Origin: the human T2T-CHM13v2.0 reference genome, Homo sapiens
DNA length: 64,000 nucleotides
Assembly: GCF_009914755.1 (NCBI RefSeq)
Contig: NC_060932.1
Direction: 5' to 3' (one strand)
Both the position numbers and the translations under genes were made by a program. Position 1 is the stretch's first letter. Each line of letters starts with the position of its first letter. The notes under the pieces are model-generated. The model saw nothing but the letters and a program-made list of their open reading frames with translations, searched no databases and was not told where the DNA came from. Shown piece after piece: positions 16,880 through 31,270 of the stretch.

Positions 16880-17460
16880 GTATTCTTACTGCACCTCTGC
16901 ATCCAGACACATCTTTGTAAAATGTAAACTTGGCTATCCCGCTCTCTTGCTGAAAACCTGTCAGCAGGTCCCTGTCAACTACAGAATAGAGGCTAAATTC
17001 CTAATCATGGCATTCAAGACCCACCATGACTTGGCCCAAACTTCCATCTCCAACCTCATGTCTCCCCGCTCCCTAACCTCACCTGACAATCCTGCAGCGC
17101 CAAATGCCTTGTCCTTTCTGCATGCTCTGCCTCCCTCCCTTGCATGCCTTTGCTCAGGCTACGTCCTTGGCAGCAATTTCTTCCCCAGTCATCTTGTCTG
17201 GTGTAATGAGCTCCTACTTAGCCTCCAAGAGTCAGGTTAGGAGTCCTCTTTTCCGGAAAGGTCTCCTGGTCCCTCGAACTAACCAAACTCTCCTCCCCTC
17301 ATGTTCCCACCATGCCTACTCCCCACTGCACATTGAAAGCATCTGTTTGGAACCCTGGAATGGATACTCTGAGGCCAGACACCATGTCTTTTTCACCCTT
17401 TAAGGTGCCTGGCATCCGATACAATGCCTGGAATATAGTAGACACGGGTTTCTATTTGTC
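16880..17460 (+). mobile_element. L2 3' region
   Basis: acagaatagaggctaaattcctaatcatggcattcaagacc...acaatgcctggaatatagtag. Confidence 0.8.
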
Positions 17461-18189
17461 TAGAGAATCCTGGCTGGGGTAGGAGTATAGGATAATTCCA
17501 GTCTCATAGGCATGGATATGACCATAGTCCCAGCAATCTGAGCAATGGTCCCCTTCCCTGCTCCTTCACAATAGAGAGCTCCCCAGCACCCACCCCACAA
17601 TTCTAATGTGCCACAGCTGTGATCTCATGGTATCAGTTGCTCCCAGTTCCAGACTCTTTTCATCTTTATTCTGCCTTGGCAGGCAGCGGAGACACGCCCT
17701 GATGACTCCTGCATTGCCAGTGGTGAGTTGAAGTTTCCAAGCCAAACCTGACTTCATTTTTGCTAAATAAGGGCAATGCTTGAGTCATGGAGGAACAGGT
17801 AGAGCAGGTTTGAATCTTTATCTGCGAATTCAAATGTGCAAAAATATGTATCTTGATTTTTTTTCATAGCTCAATTTAACTTCTATTTAACGTCCCATTT
17901 CTTTTCCTGGGGTGGCAGAGTCAGTTTTCATCCTCTCCCTTTTCCCTAGGGTGGCATCAGAGCCCCAGGGGGTTTGTGTGGTGCTGGGTGGGATGTATCT
18001 TGTCCTCATCCTCAGCATCGTTTGTTCACTCTGGTTCTAGCTGGGAGGCCCAGTCTTGTCAGATATCACTGTCCATCCAGGTGGCTCCTGAAGGGTGGCC
18101 TCATTCCCACCCGCTGTCTGCCATTCTACAGGGCCAAGAAGCCATGTGAAGGCCATGATAGGTCCTAGAGAATACTGTAGGCTGATTAA

Positions 18190-18618
<429 letters not shown>

Positions 18619-19009
18619 TGACATGGGACCCAGGGTTCATGGACCTCTTTCTCAGGGACCTACCACTATCTACACTCTCAACTCCCAGACCCAATTCATT
18701 CTCCTCCCAGTCTTAGGCAGCCTTTTCTAGCCTATATGTATGCAGGCGTGAAAGGCAGAACCTCTTCCTATTATTCATTTGATATTCTATGTATCTCTTG
18801 TCTCTGTCCTGTCTCCGTTTCCCTCAGAGCTTACCTTTGAAACTTAAAAGCCAGAAGAAGACTTTTTTCTCTCTCTGATCTTTGCCGTCACGTCCCTTCC
18901 CTGTGTCAATGATCACAGACTACAGTCTAGTCATTGGCTGGAGAGAAGGAGCAAAGTGTCAAAGGAAATTCACAAAGGAAAATACATTTAAGAAGATAAG
19001 CAGGCATTT

Positions 19010-19200
19010 CTCTAGTTTTACAAGGAATCAGGCACTGCTGTAAGGACTTTGCAGGCATTAAGTCATTAAATCACAGCAGCTCAATGGGGCATATATTGTT
19101 ATTCCCATTTTACAGATGAGAAAACTGAGTAGGAACCAAGTGGGGGAGTTAGAACTTGAACTCAGGCATCTAGCTCCAGAATTTGCACACTTAACCACTA
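19010..19200 (-). mobile_element. MIR
   Basis: attcccattttacagatgagaaaactgag. Confidence 0.85.
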
Positions 19201-19519
19201 AAATGACGGCTTCTTATACATCATTGCCCCAACACACATGTTATTCCATTGTAGATTCTTCTTCCTTGAAGATGTATAGGAAAAGGAAAGTTTAAAAATA
19301 TAATAGAGGCTTCTTATTCAATTCAAAGTGCTTTTGCTGGGATTTAACAAATTTTGGTTTTTATGAGAAATGTATCAGTCATTTGTGTGCCTGTTAAAGA
19401 AAGAAAAGTGTAGACATCTTTAAATACAATCTCCTACCACGAGCAACACCATTGCCTTCATCTGCTTGGAAGTATTTATTAAACCCTTCAGCAGTGGGGT
19501 AAGAATTAGAGGGCTTTAC

Positions 19520-19818
19520 TTTGTTTTGTTTTGAGACAGAGTCTTGCTCTGTCACCTGGGCTGGAGTGCAGAGGCACCATCTCGGCTCACGCACTGCAAC
19601 CTCTGCCTCTTGGATTCAAGTGATTCTTCTGTCTCTACCTCCCGACTAGGTGGGATCACAGGCATGCATCACCACGCCTGGCTAATTTTTGTATTTTTAG
19701 TAGAGACGTGGTTTCACCATATTGGCCAGGCTGGTCTTGAACTCCTGAACTCAAGTGATCCATCTGCCTCGGCCTCCAAAAGTGCTGGGATTACAGGCTT
19801 GAGTCACCATACCCAACC
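19520..19818 (-). mobile_element. AluS
   Basis: Full dimer. Confidence 0.93.
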
Positions 19819-20570
19819 CTTTGAGGGTTCTGTCTAAGAACTATGATCCTTTTTAATGAAAAGATGTCCAAGAAACACTTGTGTGCTTCTAATTCCTCTA
19901 AAGCAATCATTGTTAACATTCTGTAGATCAAAGGATTTTTGCAATCTCTAAGTACCTTCCCAGAAAAAAAAAGATGCATAGATCCAAATGCATAAACAGT
20001 TTGTCATAAAATTTTAGGCAAATTACTGAGCTCTCTGCTCTGAATTCTTCTCAGAGAGAAAGTTACTTTACTGGTTCCTGTACCTTCAACAACTAGAAGA
20101 GAATAAACTCATTGAGATAGACCCATTCTCCTCCGACTCCAGCCCATGGATAATGTCTTTCTATAGTACCATAGGAGACAGCAAATCTTCCCCCACTTCT
20201 TTGTCCACCTCAGATTCTCTGCACATGCCTGGTGCTAACAGAAGACAGTTCTTTGTGTGTTGCTTGTCTGGGTACTTGTCTCAGAGAGCCAAGCACTGAC
20301 TTTTTGCAGGAACTGATTAGAAGTGGCCACTCTGGTTCTAGACAATTTGGGGATTGCCCACATAACTCTACATGCCTCGTAGGAGCCAGGTAGGAAAGCA
20401 CAGACACTCTTGTCCTCTAAGCCTCTTTATGTCTGCAAGGTAGACAAACCCATGACTGGGATTTCCCCTTTCAGGAGGAAATTATTTAACAGCTCAAGTT
20501 TTAAAATATCTTCTCAAAACAATTAATGGGTTTCCCTGCAACTGAAGAGTATCATGGAAGTGAAATTAAC

Positions 20571-21081
20571 TCAGCTTCTCAATTCTCTAATCAGGCAGCA
20601 GAGAGATGTTTGGCCAAGGCCAAACATTATTCTTTTTTGAAGGAAGCACAGAGATGGTTCAGAATAAACTTTCCATAAGCAATTCAGAGAGCTTTGCAAG
20701 AAATCATTGTACCAGCAAGTGCAAACACTTGCATGATTATCATTTGCGATTAGTTGGATTTATGCCACCAAGCTGATTATTAAGAATGCACAGGCCAAAC
20801 AAAGCAGATAAAGGCAATATCTTCTTTCATTTCTTTTTTTCCTTTCCTCTGGTGTTGGGTGGCATGGATTATCTTTTTTGCTCCTTCCTGTCAGCATTCT
20901 CTTCATAAGTTTCTTCGATGATTTTTTTTCTTGTGATCTATTCTTGCTATCAAGTTTTAGTATCTTAACTGTGTTCATCAATTCCTGTATTATACCCGTA
21001 GAAAAGGCCACCTGATTTCTTATGTTGATCTCTGAGCCTTTGTGGTTACACATCCATCAGTAACTATTCTGGACATGTTCC
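20571..21081 (-). pseudogene. Terminal exon relic: REHVQNSY*WMCNHKGSE...KKRNERRYCLYLLCLACAFLIISLVA*IQLIANDNHASVCTCWYNDFLQSSLNCLWKVYSEPSLCFLQK...
   Basis: Acceptor ataacag|G at 21082-83. The 170-codon frame has only two internal stops (TGA 21057-59, TAA 20760-62). Phase 2 matches the preceding exon. Confidence 0.6.
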
Positions 21082-21429
21082 CTGTTATGAGCATATTTAT
21101 AACTATATAAAGTACATGCATATAAAATCGTACAAGCACATTCCATATATTATAAAATTCCACTGAAATAAATTGTAAAATGATGAGATGAAATCATTGT
21201 AAATAGAGCTCAAATATTTTATTCCCTCTCTTAATAGACTGTCCACTCCACCTTGGGGTTTAGGAATCCTGCTTTGGAACATAGGGCTAGTGTTTCATCA
21301 AGAAAATAAACATCAGAGCAAAATACTCCAAAATATTTAAAACTGACTGTCACTGCCTTCATCATGACATGTCCCTTAACACCTGACATGTATATAGGTG
21401 AATTTGTAAAAGACTTAAAAAAAACTTAC

Positions 21430-21533
21430 CTTATTATATCTTTAGTGTCAACTTTATAAACATGGATTATTCCTTTACTCAAAACTCTGTGAACTCTACC
21501 AAGTTTGTCTTCTGGTACCAATTTTATGACCAG
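21430..21533 (-). pseudogene. Exon relic LVIKLVPEDKLGRVHRVLSKGIIHVYKVDTKDII(R)
   Basis: 104 nt, fully open, phase 0->2. Consensus donor AAG|GTAAGT; acceptor ttttgcatcaaag. Confidence 0.6.
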
Positions 21534-21561
21534 CTTTGATGCAAAAGTATGAAATGTGTAT

Positions 21562-21563
<2 letters not shown>

Positions 21564-21595
<32 letters not shown>
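21564..21595. repeat. (TG)n microsatellite
   Basis: Direct reading. Confidence 0.95.
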
Positions 21596-21596
<1 letters not shown>

Positions 21597-21978
21597 AAGT
21601 AAAGAAATACTTCAGGTTTATAGCATTTAAAGTAAAAATAATCTGATGAGTTTATGGAGTTTCAGAAATGTACCAGCTTCCTCACTGTGCCATGGTGTAA
21701 CCGCTCGCATGTCATAATTGATTTCAGCATATGCCTCAGAGAGGCAAAAATTGAAGTGGCTGTGAGAAGTAATTAGAAACTGAAGTTCAGCTGTTAAGAA
21801 TTTTCTGGGCTGCTGTTTCTTGACATAGTGCTGAAGAGATAGCCTCATCTGCTGTTCCACTGAAAACAACAAAAATAGATACCAGTTTCATTTACTTATT
21901 TTTAAATAAATACACCTCTTTCTAAAGCATTTATGAACATACAAAAGAAGAAAAATCATTGGAGAGTATGAGTTAGTT

Positions 21979-22249
21979 GGGTGTTGGATTGTTTGTTTTG
22001 AGACAGAGTCTCACTCTGTCACCCAGGCTGGAGTGCAGTCCTGAGTTGAAGTGATTCTCCTGCCTCAGCCTCCCGAGTAGCTGGGACTCCAAGTGTGTGC
22101 CACCATGCCTGGCTAATTTTTGTATTTTTAGTAGAGACAGAGTTTCACCATGTTGGCCAAGCTGGTCTTGAACTCCTGACCTCAAGTAATCTGCCCACAT
22201 CTGCCTCCCAAAGGGCTGGAATTACAGGCATGAACCACTGTGCCTGGCC
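21979..22249 (-). mobile_element. AluS with internal deletion
   Basis: TSD agagtatgagttagtt. Confidence 0.93.
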
Positions 22250-23102
22250 AGAGTATGAGTTAGTTAAAAGAACAAATACTTATACACAACTGAGCACTGA
22301 ATCCACCTTTTGTACTGGGAAAATATTTTAAAATGTCATTTATTTGAGTTCTGGTTTTGACAACTGTGCAAAGTGTGAGAGACGTAAGAAAAATCCTTGA
22401 GTCCAACCAAAGAGGAGAGTCTGTAAGGAAAAACCCACGAGCAATCTATGAACATGTGACAAAGCTAAGAACCCACAGAAGGAACTGTTAAGAAGTACAT
22501 CTTTTTTCAATCTTGGAGCTAGTCTCTCTTACCGAGAACTCGCAACCATAATCCAATTTCCATAGGAATTTTTTTAGCAGAAATACTTCAAACCTAGAAT
22601 TGATTTTAAAGTTTCCCTTTGAAGGGAGTGCCCTTCTGGTGCCAGGTAGAAGTAAATGCACATTCTCTCTGAAGGAACTTACCTTCAAACATGGTTTCAA
22701 AAATTACTAAATGTAAAGCACCAAGGAACATGTAACTACAATCAAAATTATAACAAATATATAAACGCAAGGCATCATGAGTGAAAGATTATAAAATCAA
22801 TATAAAAGATCTCAAAATAATGTTTGAAAACAAAAATACAGTAAATTCAATTTAAAACTCAATATTCAAATTACATAACAAATAAAGCTTAAGACTAGGT
22901 TAGTGAAATGGAAAATAGCTCTTCAGGAATTAACCAAAATGCAGCACAAAGAGAAAATTAAATTAAAAATTTTCAGAAGATATTAAGAATTTTATAGTAT
23001 GGAGTGAGTTTAAGAATCACAGAATCACAATCAGAATTACAGAACATAATAGAAAGAATGGGGAAGTAGCAATATTCAATTTGAAAATGGCTAAGGATTT
23101 TC

Positions 23103-23352
23103 AGCCGGGCATGGTGGCTCATATCTTTAATCCCAGCACTTTGGGAGGCTGAAGTGCATGGATTAGTTTGAGCTCAGGTGTTTGAGACCTGCCAGGGCAA
23201 TATGGCAAAATCCCATCTCTACAAAAAATACAAATACAAAAATTAGCCAGGTGAGGTAGTACATGCCTGTAGTCCCAGCTACTCAGGAGGCTGAGGAGGG
23301 AGAATCACTTGACCCTGGGAATTGGAGGTTGCAGTGAGTTGAGACCCTGTCT

Positions 23353-23383
<31 letters not shown>
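23103..23383 (+). mobile_element. AluJ (right-arm deletion)
   Basis: Dimer with long polyA. Confidence 0.92.
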
Positions 23384-23386
<3 letters not shown>

Positions 23387-24192
23387 AAGAATTTTCTGTT
23401 ACTGTTGAAAGATTCCAATTATTATATTTAAAACACATTCAAAGAAGATTAAATCTTTAAGAATCTACAGCTATACACATCATAATCAAATTGCAGAAGG
23501 AAAATAATGAGAAGATTTATCTAAAAGCAGCGAGAAAGAAGTATCAGCTACAAAAGGGTAACAATTAGACTGGCAACTGACTTCTTTACAGCAACAATGG
23601 AAGTCAGAAGACAGTGGAACAATACTTTCACTAAGCTGAGGGGAAAAAAATGCTCAAAACCTAGAATTTTACACCAACAAATCTATTATTTGAAGGTAGA
23701 ATAAAGACATTTTAAGATACATAAAAACTGATAGTGTTTATAATGTTTTCATCAAACAGACGGTTGCTATAAGAATTTCTAAATAAGCATTTTATACAGA
23801 AAGAAACAAATGTCAGATATAAGATCTGGGATGAAAGAAAAAATGGTGAGTAAAGAAATTCATAAAATTGTGGGGATACATAAGCACATTTTAATGTGGA
23901 AGACAATAGTATCTTCTTTCAGAGATAAACAAAAAATATAAACTACACAATGGCATGGAAGTAAGAAAGAGGTGATTGGAGTTAAACATTTATAGATTGA
24001 GTTGTTTGCGAGAATGCTAAATATATTGGTTAGTTTTATAAATCATTTGCATTCATATTAAAAACTGCAAGGGTAACGACTAATGGAATACAATGCACAT
24101 ATTCAACAATTCTACTTTAAGAACTTGCAAGAATAGCAACAAACCTGAAACATTATAAATGACTATTAATAGAAAAGTAGTTAACATATTTA

Positions 24193-24547
<355 letters not shown>

Positions 24548-25036
24548 TGCAGTAGGTACATATGTATTTCTTTGAAAGAGTCTCCAAAATAAAAGCAAAG
24601 TTCAGAATGGTGCATATCATGTGCGACTAATTTTAGTGGAAAAAAATTAGTAGAAGGGATAAAAAAATTATATACGTACATAGATGCTTGTATTTTCATA
24701 GAATATCTCTTAAAGATACATAAGAAACTGACAACAGTAATTGTCTGTGGGTTGACTTTTGAATTTCCTAATGCATATATATTCAAAAGAAAGATTTCTT
24801 TTAGAAACTAATCAAATAAACAACAATAGCAAAAAGCAGGAGATAAACACACAGAAATCAACACCCAGAGAAAGATACACATGCACACATACAAATACAC
24901 AAATATAAATTCATAAAGGAACCCATGACAAAACGTTCCATCTTTAAACGGTGTTCCTTTGTGGAAGAAAAGCAGTTAAAAGAAGCACTCTCACTTTTCC
25001 TCCTCTCATATATGATTACCAAGCTTTAATTCTTAC

Positions 25037-25181
25037 ATTTGTTGGAATGTCTAGTATAAACGTTACTCCTTCTCTCCTCTGCACCCTCTGTACATTTCTT
25101 GAGGGCCTGACTCAATTACATTATTTCCTTTCTCATTCTCATAAAACATATAGTATAAAGCTTTGAATGTCGGAAGGATTT
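25037..25181 (-). pseudogene. Exon relic (K)ILPTFKALYYMFYENEKGNNVIESGPQEMYRGCRGEKE / frameshift / GVTFILDIPTN
   Basis: T-rich acceptor ...gtattgatcctag; donor AAT|GTAAGA. Enters in phase 1 with 38 open codons. One frameshift restores a phase-0 exit. Confidence 0.5.
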
Positions 25182-25719
25182 CTAGGATCAATACAAAAAA
25201 AAAAAGCTTTGTATAACATATAGTAGGTGCTAAATAAATAATTAACATATATAAGTTACTATGCACCATATTTTATGGGTTTGAAATTGTTTAAGCTACT
25301 AATTTTATCTGAATCATATTGAGATTTTTATAACATGATATGCAATGGAATGCAATATGAGTTTTGTTTGGCTTTAAATTTGAAAGTTTACAGGTTTCTT
25401 GCACTTCTAGATTGCTTGCTAAATTTGGCACAACAGGGAAGCCTTACTTTAGGCATTTAGAAAAGCAAAAAAAATGATATAAAATGGTCTTATAAGCCAC
25501 CATATTAACATGTTCTTAATGTCTTCATTCTGTGTGACCTAAAAGTGTGCATATGAAATGCATTGCATGATCATGTTTGTATATGTCACCTTCTTAAATT
25601 TTATCTGAAATCGGGATCTGTTGGGCTAAAGGCCAGATTTGAGTATTAGCTGGGGGTAGGTTCTTGGGCGTGGAACTAGGGGTAAAGCATTAATTCTAGA
25701 TACCCAAACCAACACTTAC

Positions 25720-25863
25720 TGGGGTTTTCAGGGATCTCTGAGTTGTACAGATTAGTTGCAGCTAGAGATGCTGAACTGCATCTTAGTGGTAGATGAAGTA
25801 AGTAGCTTTCTATGTACTGAAGTTATCTGGACAAAATCACTTTCTTATGCCTTCATTTGTATT
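25720..25863 (-). pseudogene. Exon relic (K)YK*RHKKVILSR*LQYIESYLLHLPLRCSSASLAATNLYNSEIPENP
   Basis: 144 nt, phase 1->1. Acceptor tttctttctgtttag; donor CCA|GTAAGT. Two stops. Confidence 0.5.
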
Positions 25864-26087
25864 CTAAACAGAAAGAAATAGCCATTGAAGATAAGCATGA
25901 GACGGTCCCCTTCTAAATATGTATGTTGGAATAATTGTTTCTTACTTTTGTTTTTCTTGCCACAAAAGCATTTCTGCAAATGAAAGCATAGGGAGGAATC
26001 TGAAATATAAAATAGATAAATGTGGAATGAGGTGGGGCATCTGAGAACCCCAATTTCCAATTTCTAGCTCTATGACCTCTTAATCAG

Positions 26088-26243
26088 CAGTGGTTCCCAA
26101 ACTTTAGCTTGTGCAAGAATCACCTGGGATTCCATAAAAGATGCAAGTTACTGGGTCTAACCCCTGGAGAATCTGATTAGAAGGTCTGAGTGGAACCTGA
26201 GAGTCTAAATTTTAACATGCACCCCGGGGGTTTTGGAGACTGT
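26088..26243. mobile_element. MER5-family relic
   Basis: cagtggttcccaaactttagcttgtgcaagaatcacctggg. Confidence 0.75.
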
Positions 26244-26249
26244 GAGGCT

Positions 26250-26687
<438 letters not shown>

Positions 26688-27557
26688 TTACTTGACTTTC
26701 CAGTAATTTCCTATGCTCTCAAATCAGAGGACACAACTAGATTTTATCAGGCTGGGATAAAGAATTCTAAGAACCTGTTTATTTTAAAGCAGCATTAGTG
26801 ATATGTACAGAGACTAAAATTCCATCTGACACTGATTTCCCAAATTATATCAACCGAAGGAAGTGGGGCACCTTCTAGGTCATGTGGCGCTGGTCAGGGC
26901 ACCAGCTGAAACCCTAAAAATAGCTGAATCATGTCTGAGGCCCAATCAGAGAATTCCTTCCAGACATTTGTCTTCAATGGATTTCCATGAATGCACAGCT
27001 GCCCGGGGCCAAGCAAAACCGCCCCACAGTGATGAAACAAAGAGTCTTACATTTCAGAGACGCTGGTCATGGGTGCCCCAACATTTGACTTGCTATTTTC
27101 TTGTCCAAGAAATTGAACATTGGCAAAACCTCTAGGTCCCGAATAGGGAAGTTATGCAGGGTAGGAAATGCATTTGTTGGCGTCTTGGGTGTAGGAACGC
27201 ATCACACTTGAGTGGGCACCCTATCTCTAAGATTAGACGCTGGAGATACCACAGAGCAGGAACCAATGTATCTGGTTTTGTTTGTCCAGATTCTATCACA
27301 TTTTGTTTTGTTTTTATGGTGGTTGGTAATGCCAGGTAATTCCCTTAGGGCAGGAAAAACCTGGGGTTTTCAGAAGACATCATGAGGATACTTAAATATG
27401 TTGACAGAGGTCACAGCATGGTGGTTTTGTGAACATAACATCTAGAACTATGCATTGGCTTAAACAGCAACAACTAAACTATAGTATTGGTATTGGTATT
27501 TCTCTAGAATCTGAAATGTCAGAGAACTTGAGAACCCACTAAAAAGACATTATATAA

Positions 27558-27658
27558 TGTATTAGTCAGGGTTCTCTAGAGGGACAGAACTAATGGAACA
27601 TATGTATATATATACATATACATATATATACACATATACATATATATGTGTGTGTGTG

Positions 27659-27714
<56 letters not shown>

Positions 27715-28097
27715 AGCTTATTAAGTATTAACTCATAGAATCACAAGGTCCCACAATAGGCCATCTGCAAGCTGAGGAGCAAGGAGAGCCAGTCCAAGTT
27801 CCAAAACTGAAGAACCTGGAGTCCAGTGTTCCAGGGCAGGAAGCATCCAGTATGGGAGAAAGATGTAGGCTGGGAGGCAAGGCCCGTCTCTCTTTTCACA
27901 TTTTTCTGCCTGCTTATATTCTAGCCAAGTTGGCAACTGATTAGATTGTGCCCACCAAGATTAAGGGTGGGTCTGCCTTTGCCAACCCACTGATTTAAAT
28001 GTTCGTCTCCTTTGGTGACACCCTCACAGACACACCCAGGATCGATACTTTGTATCCTTCAATCCAATCAAGTTGACAATCAGTATTAACCGTCATA
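27558..28097 (-). mobile_element. MLT2A (ERVL) solo LTR with internal (TA)n/(TG)n
   Basis: tgtattagtcagggttctctaga ... caatccaatcaagttgacaatcagtattaaccgtcata; 5-bp TSD tataa. Confidence 0.92.
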
Positions 28098-28107
28098 TAT
28101 AACTTGC

Positions 28108-28177
28108 TCTTTTTTATAAGGATTGTGGAAAATTTCTGTCTAAAATTTGCAAAGCCCTCCAACTTTGTGGGAAATAG
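28108..28177 (-). pseudogene. Exon relic LFPTKLEGFANFRQKFSTILIKK
   Basis: 70 nt open, phase 0->1. Acceptor atctttcccatccag; donor AGA|GCAAGT (GC-type or mutated GT). Confidence 0.45.
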
Positions 28178-28518
28178 CTGGATGGGAAAGATATGATTAT
28201 CAAGTATTAACCTAATTTTTAAGTGAATAGGGTAGAATATTAAGATTAAAGTGAGCATTAATTTTCAAAATAGTCACCCTAGAAGGTTATGCCTATAGCT
28301 CAATGCAACTGCTATTTCTCAAAATATTTCTAGAGAATTATTTTTGAATTGCATTTAAAATTGAGTTAGGAGCCACCCCAGAAAAGCAGTCTTATTACAA
28401 TATACTTTAACCTTTTTAAAGCTCATATATCTTTTTGAAATATTAAAGGAAAAAACAAGACCCTCAGCTACTCCCTATCCCAAACCTCATATCACTTATA
28501 TCATATAAGAAGGCTTAG

Positions 28519-28766
<248 letters not shown>

Positions 28767-28957
28767 TTCAGACAGATTCTTAAGGACTTTTTATATTGCT
28801 ATTCTGAAATGGACAATAGCTTTTGTATACTTAAAATCCAATAGATTAATTTTAAAAAATTAAATTAAATTTTAAAAATTAATTAAAAATTAACTTAAAA
28901 AATTAATCTTAATACTCATATCTATGAGTTACAGTTTTTAAACATAAAGCTTGTTCG

Positions 28958-29270
<313 letters not shown>

Positions 29271-29280
29271 TTACATGTCA

Positions 29281-29615
<335 letters not shown>

Positions 29616-29763
29616 TTAGAGAGCAACATCTGATCCCAAGTTTAGTAGTGACACAGTGTATAAATCTGGGGACTTGAGAGACAGGCCATGGGAGGACATT
29701 TGTACTTAGAGAACATCAGTATATAAGCAAGTTGTTATACAAGTAAGTGTGTGTGTATGCAAT

Positions 29764-29770
29764 CGCGCGC

Positions 29771-29802
<32 letters not shown>
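29764..29802. repeat. (CG)n(TG)n alternating purine-pyrimidine tract
   Basis: Direct reading. Confidence 0.95.
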
Positions 29803-29805
<3 letters not shown>

Positions 29806-30133
29806 GGGTTGGTGAGTGAGTCAGGCAAAGCATATATTGAAACTTACTTCAAAGACACTTTTGAAGGCTGACCACTATTATGTAAACAATGAAAAGAATT
29901 TGACTGATCAAAGAGAGAAGTTTGTAAATGACCTCTGCCATGCATGCATCTTGAATATTTGTTTTCACTTACACAAAGTCTGTATCCTGTCAAAGTCATG
30001 GTTAAAATATTTGAAGTTTGAACAGGCATGGGTAATTGTGGGAGATAACTTGTGGGGGATAATTTATGATAGGAAAATCATAAATTCACATGAGGAAGAG
30101 GAAACTACCTCATCTGTCCTATCCTAGGAAAGT

Positions 30134-30280
30134 CTGATGATGATGATGGTAATGATGACAGTGACGATAAAAATGATGTTGTTGGTGATATTGATGATAG
30201 TGGTAATGGTGATGATGGCTGTGGTAGTATTGATGATGATGGTGTTAATCATGTTTCTGCTGGCTATGGTTGTGGTTGTC
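30134..30280. repeat. Degenerate (GAT/GGT)n triplet repeat
   Basis: Direct reading; source of the Met/Val-rich ORF. Confidence 0.9.
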
Positions 30281-30294
30281 AAATTGTTCCTTAC

Positions 30295-30380
30295 AGGGGC
30301 TGATTCTTCAGATTTTTATAGCAACTTTGTCCCAGTTGGCTCCACTGAACCAAACAGGACTTCCTGAAGTTTCATATTAT
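30295..30380 (-). pseudogene. Exon relic NMKLQEVLFGSVEPTGTKLL*KSEESAP
   Basis: Long pyrimidine tract then an atypical GAG acceptor; donor CCT|GTAAGG. Phase 1->0, one stop. Confidence 0.4.
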
Positions 30381-30720
30381 CTCAGAAGCAAAAACACAGA
30401 AAAAGAGTCATCTTTGTTTTAAAAGAGTGGAAGAAAATGTACCAAAGTGAGAGACCATCTATCTTATCAGAAATAGTATTTTTATTCCATAGCGAACCTG
30501 GGATCTGAGCCTTAATTCCCAGGCAGCTCTCCAGCCATACGAATTCACTGTGACATTCAGTGGTGTTCTGAAGCTTTGTTGTATTCTGGTAAAGGTTACA
30601 AAAATATCCATTTTGAAGTGCCAATGTGAGTTTCTCTAGAAATACAATTTTTAGCAGCATCAGGATTAATATGAACATTTCAGAAGTTAAACTGATTGTT
30701 TAAAAAAAAAAAAAAGAGTA

Positions 30721-31055
30721 AGCCAAGCATGATGGCTCATGCCTGTAATTGCAGCACTTTGGAAGGCACAGGTGGGTGAATTGCTTGAGTCCAGAAGTTT
30801 GAGAACAGCCTGGCCAACATGGGGAAACTCCATCTCTACAAAAAATACAAATATTAGCCAGGCATGATGGTGTGTGCCTGTAGTCCCAGCTACTCAGGAT
30901 GTGAGGTGGGAGGATCTCTTGAGCCCGGGAGGTGCAGGTTGCAGTGAGCCACGATCGTGCTGCTGCATTCCAGCTTGAGTGATGGAGCGAGACCCTGCCT
31001 CAACAACAACAACAACAAAAAAAAAAAAAAAAAAGAGAGAGAGAGAGAAAAGAAA
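30721..31055 (+). mobile_element. AluJ
   Basis: Dimer with (CAA)n/A/(GA)n tail. Confidence 0.92.
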
Positions 31056-31089
31056 GAGTAAACAGCAAGATATTATACAATTCTGAGGA

Positions 31090-31270
31090 ACTCGGGTTCA
31101 AATCTCATCTTCCCACTCTCATGCTTTATGAAATTAAACAAGTTAACCTCTCTGAGCCTCAGTTTCTTCATCTGTGAAATGAGAATAATCTATTTGCCAC
31201 ATGAGTTAGAGGGATTCAATCTGTCGCTTCTTGACAGCCACCTGGGTCAGAGCAAGTGTTCCCTCGGTGG
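31090..31270 (+). mobile_element. MIR
   Basis: aacctctctgagcctcagtttcttcatctgtgaaatgag. Confidence 0.85.

Noticed and set aside
21057-21059. In-frame TGA as selenocysteine or readthrough
   Set aside because: Neighbouring exons also carry TAA/TAG stops and frameshifts, so decay is the simpler explanation. No SECIS was recognised.
30137-30367. Met/Val-rich hydrophobic 76-aa ORF
   Set aside because: Product of a degenerate GAT/GGT repeat.
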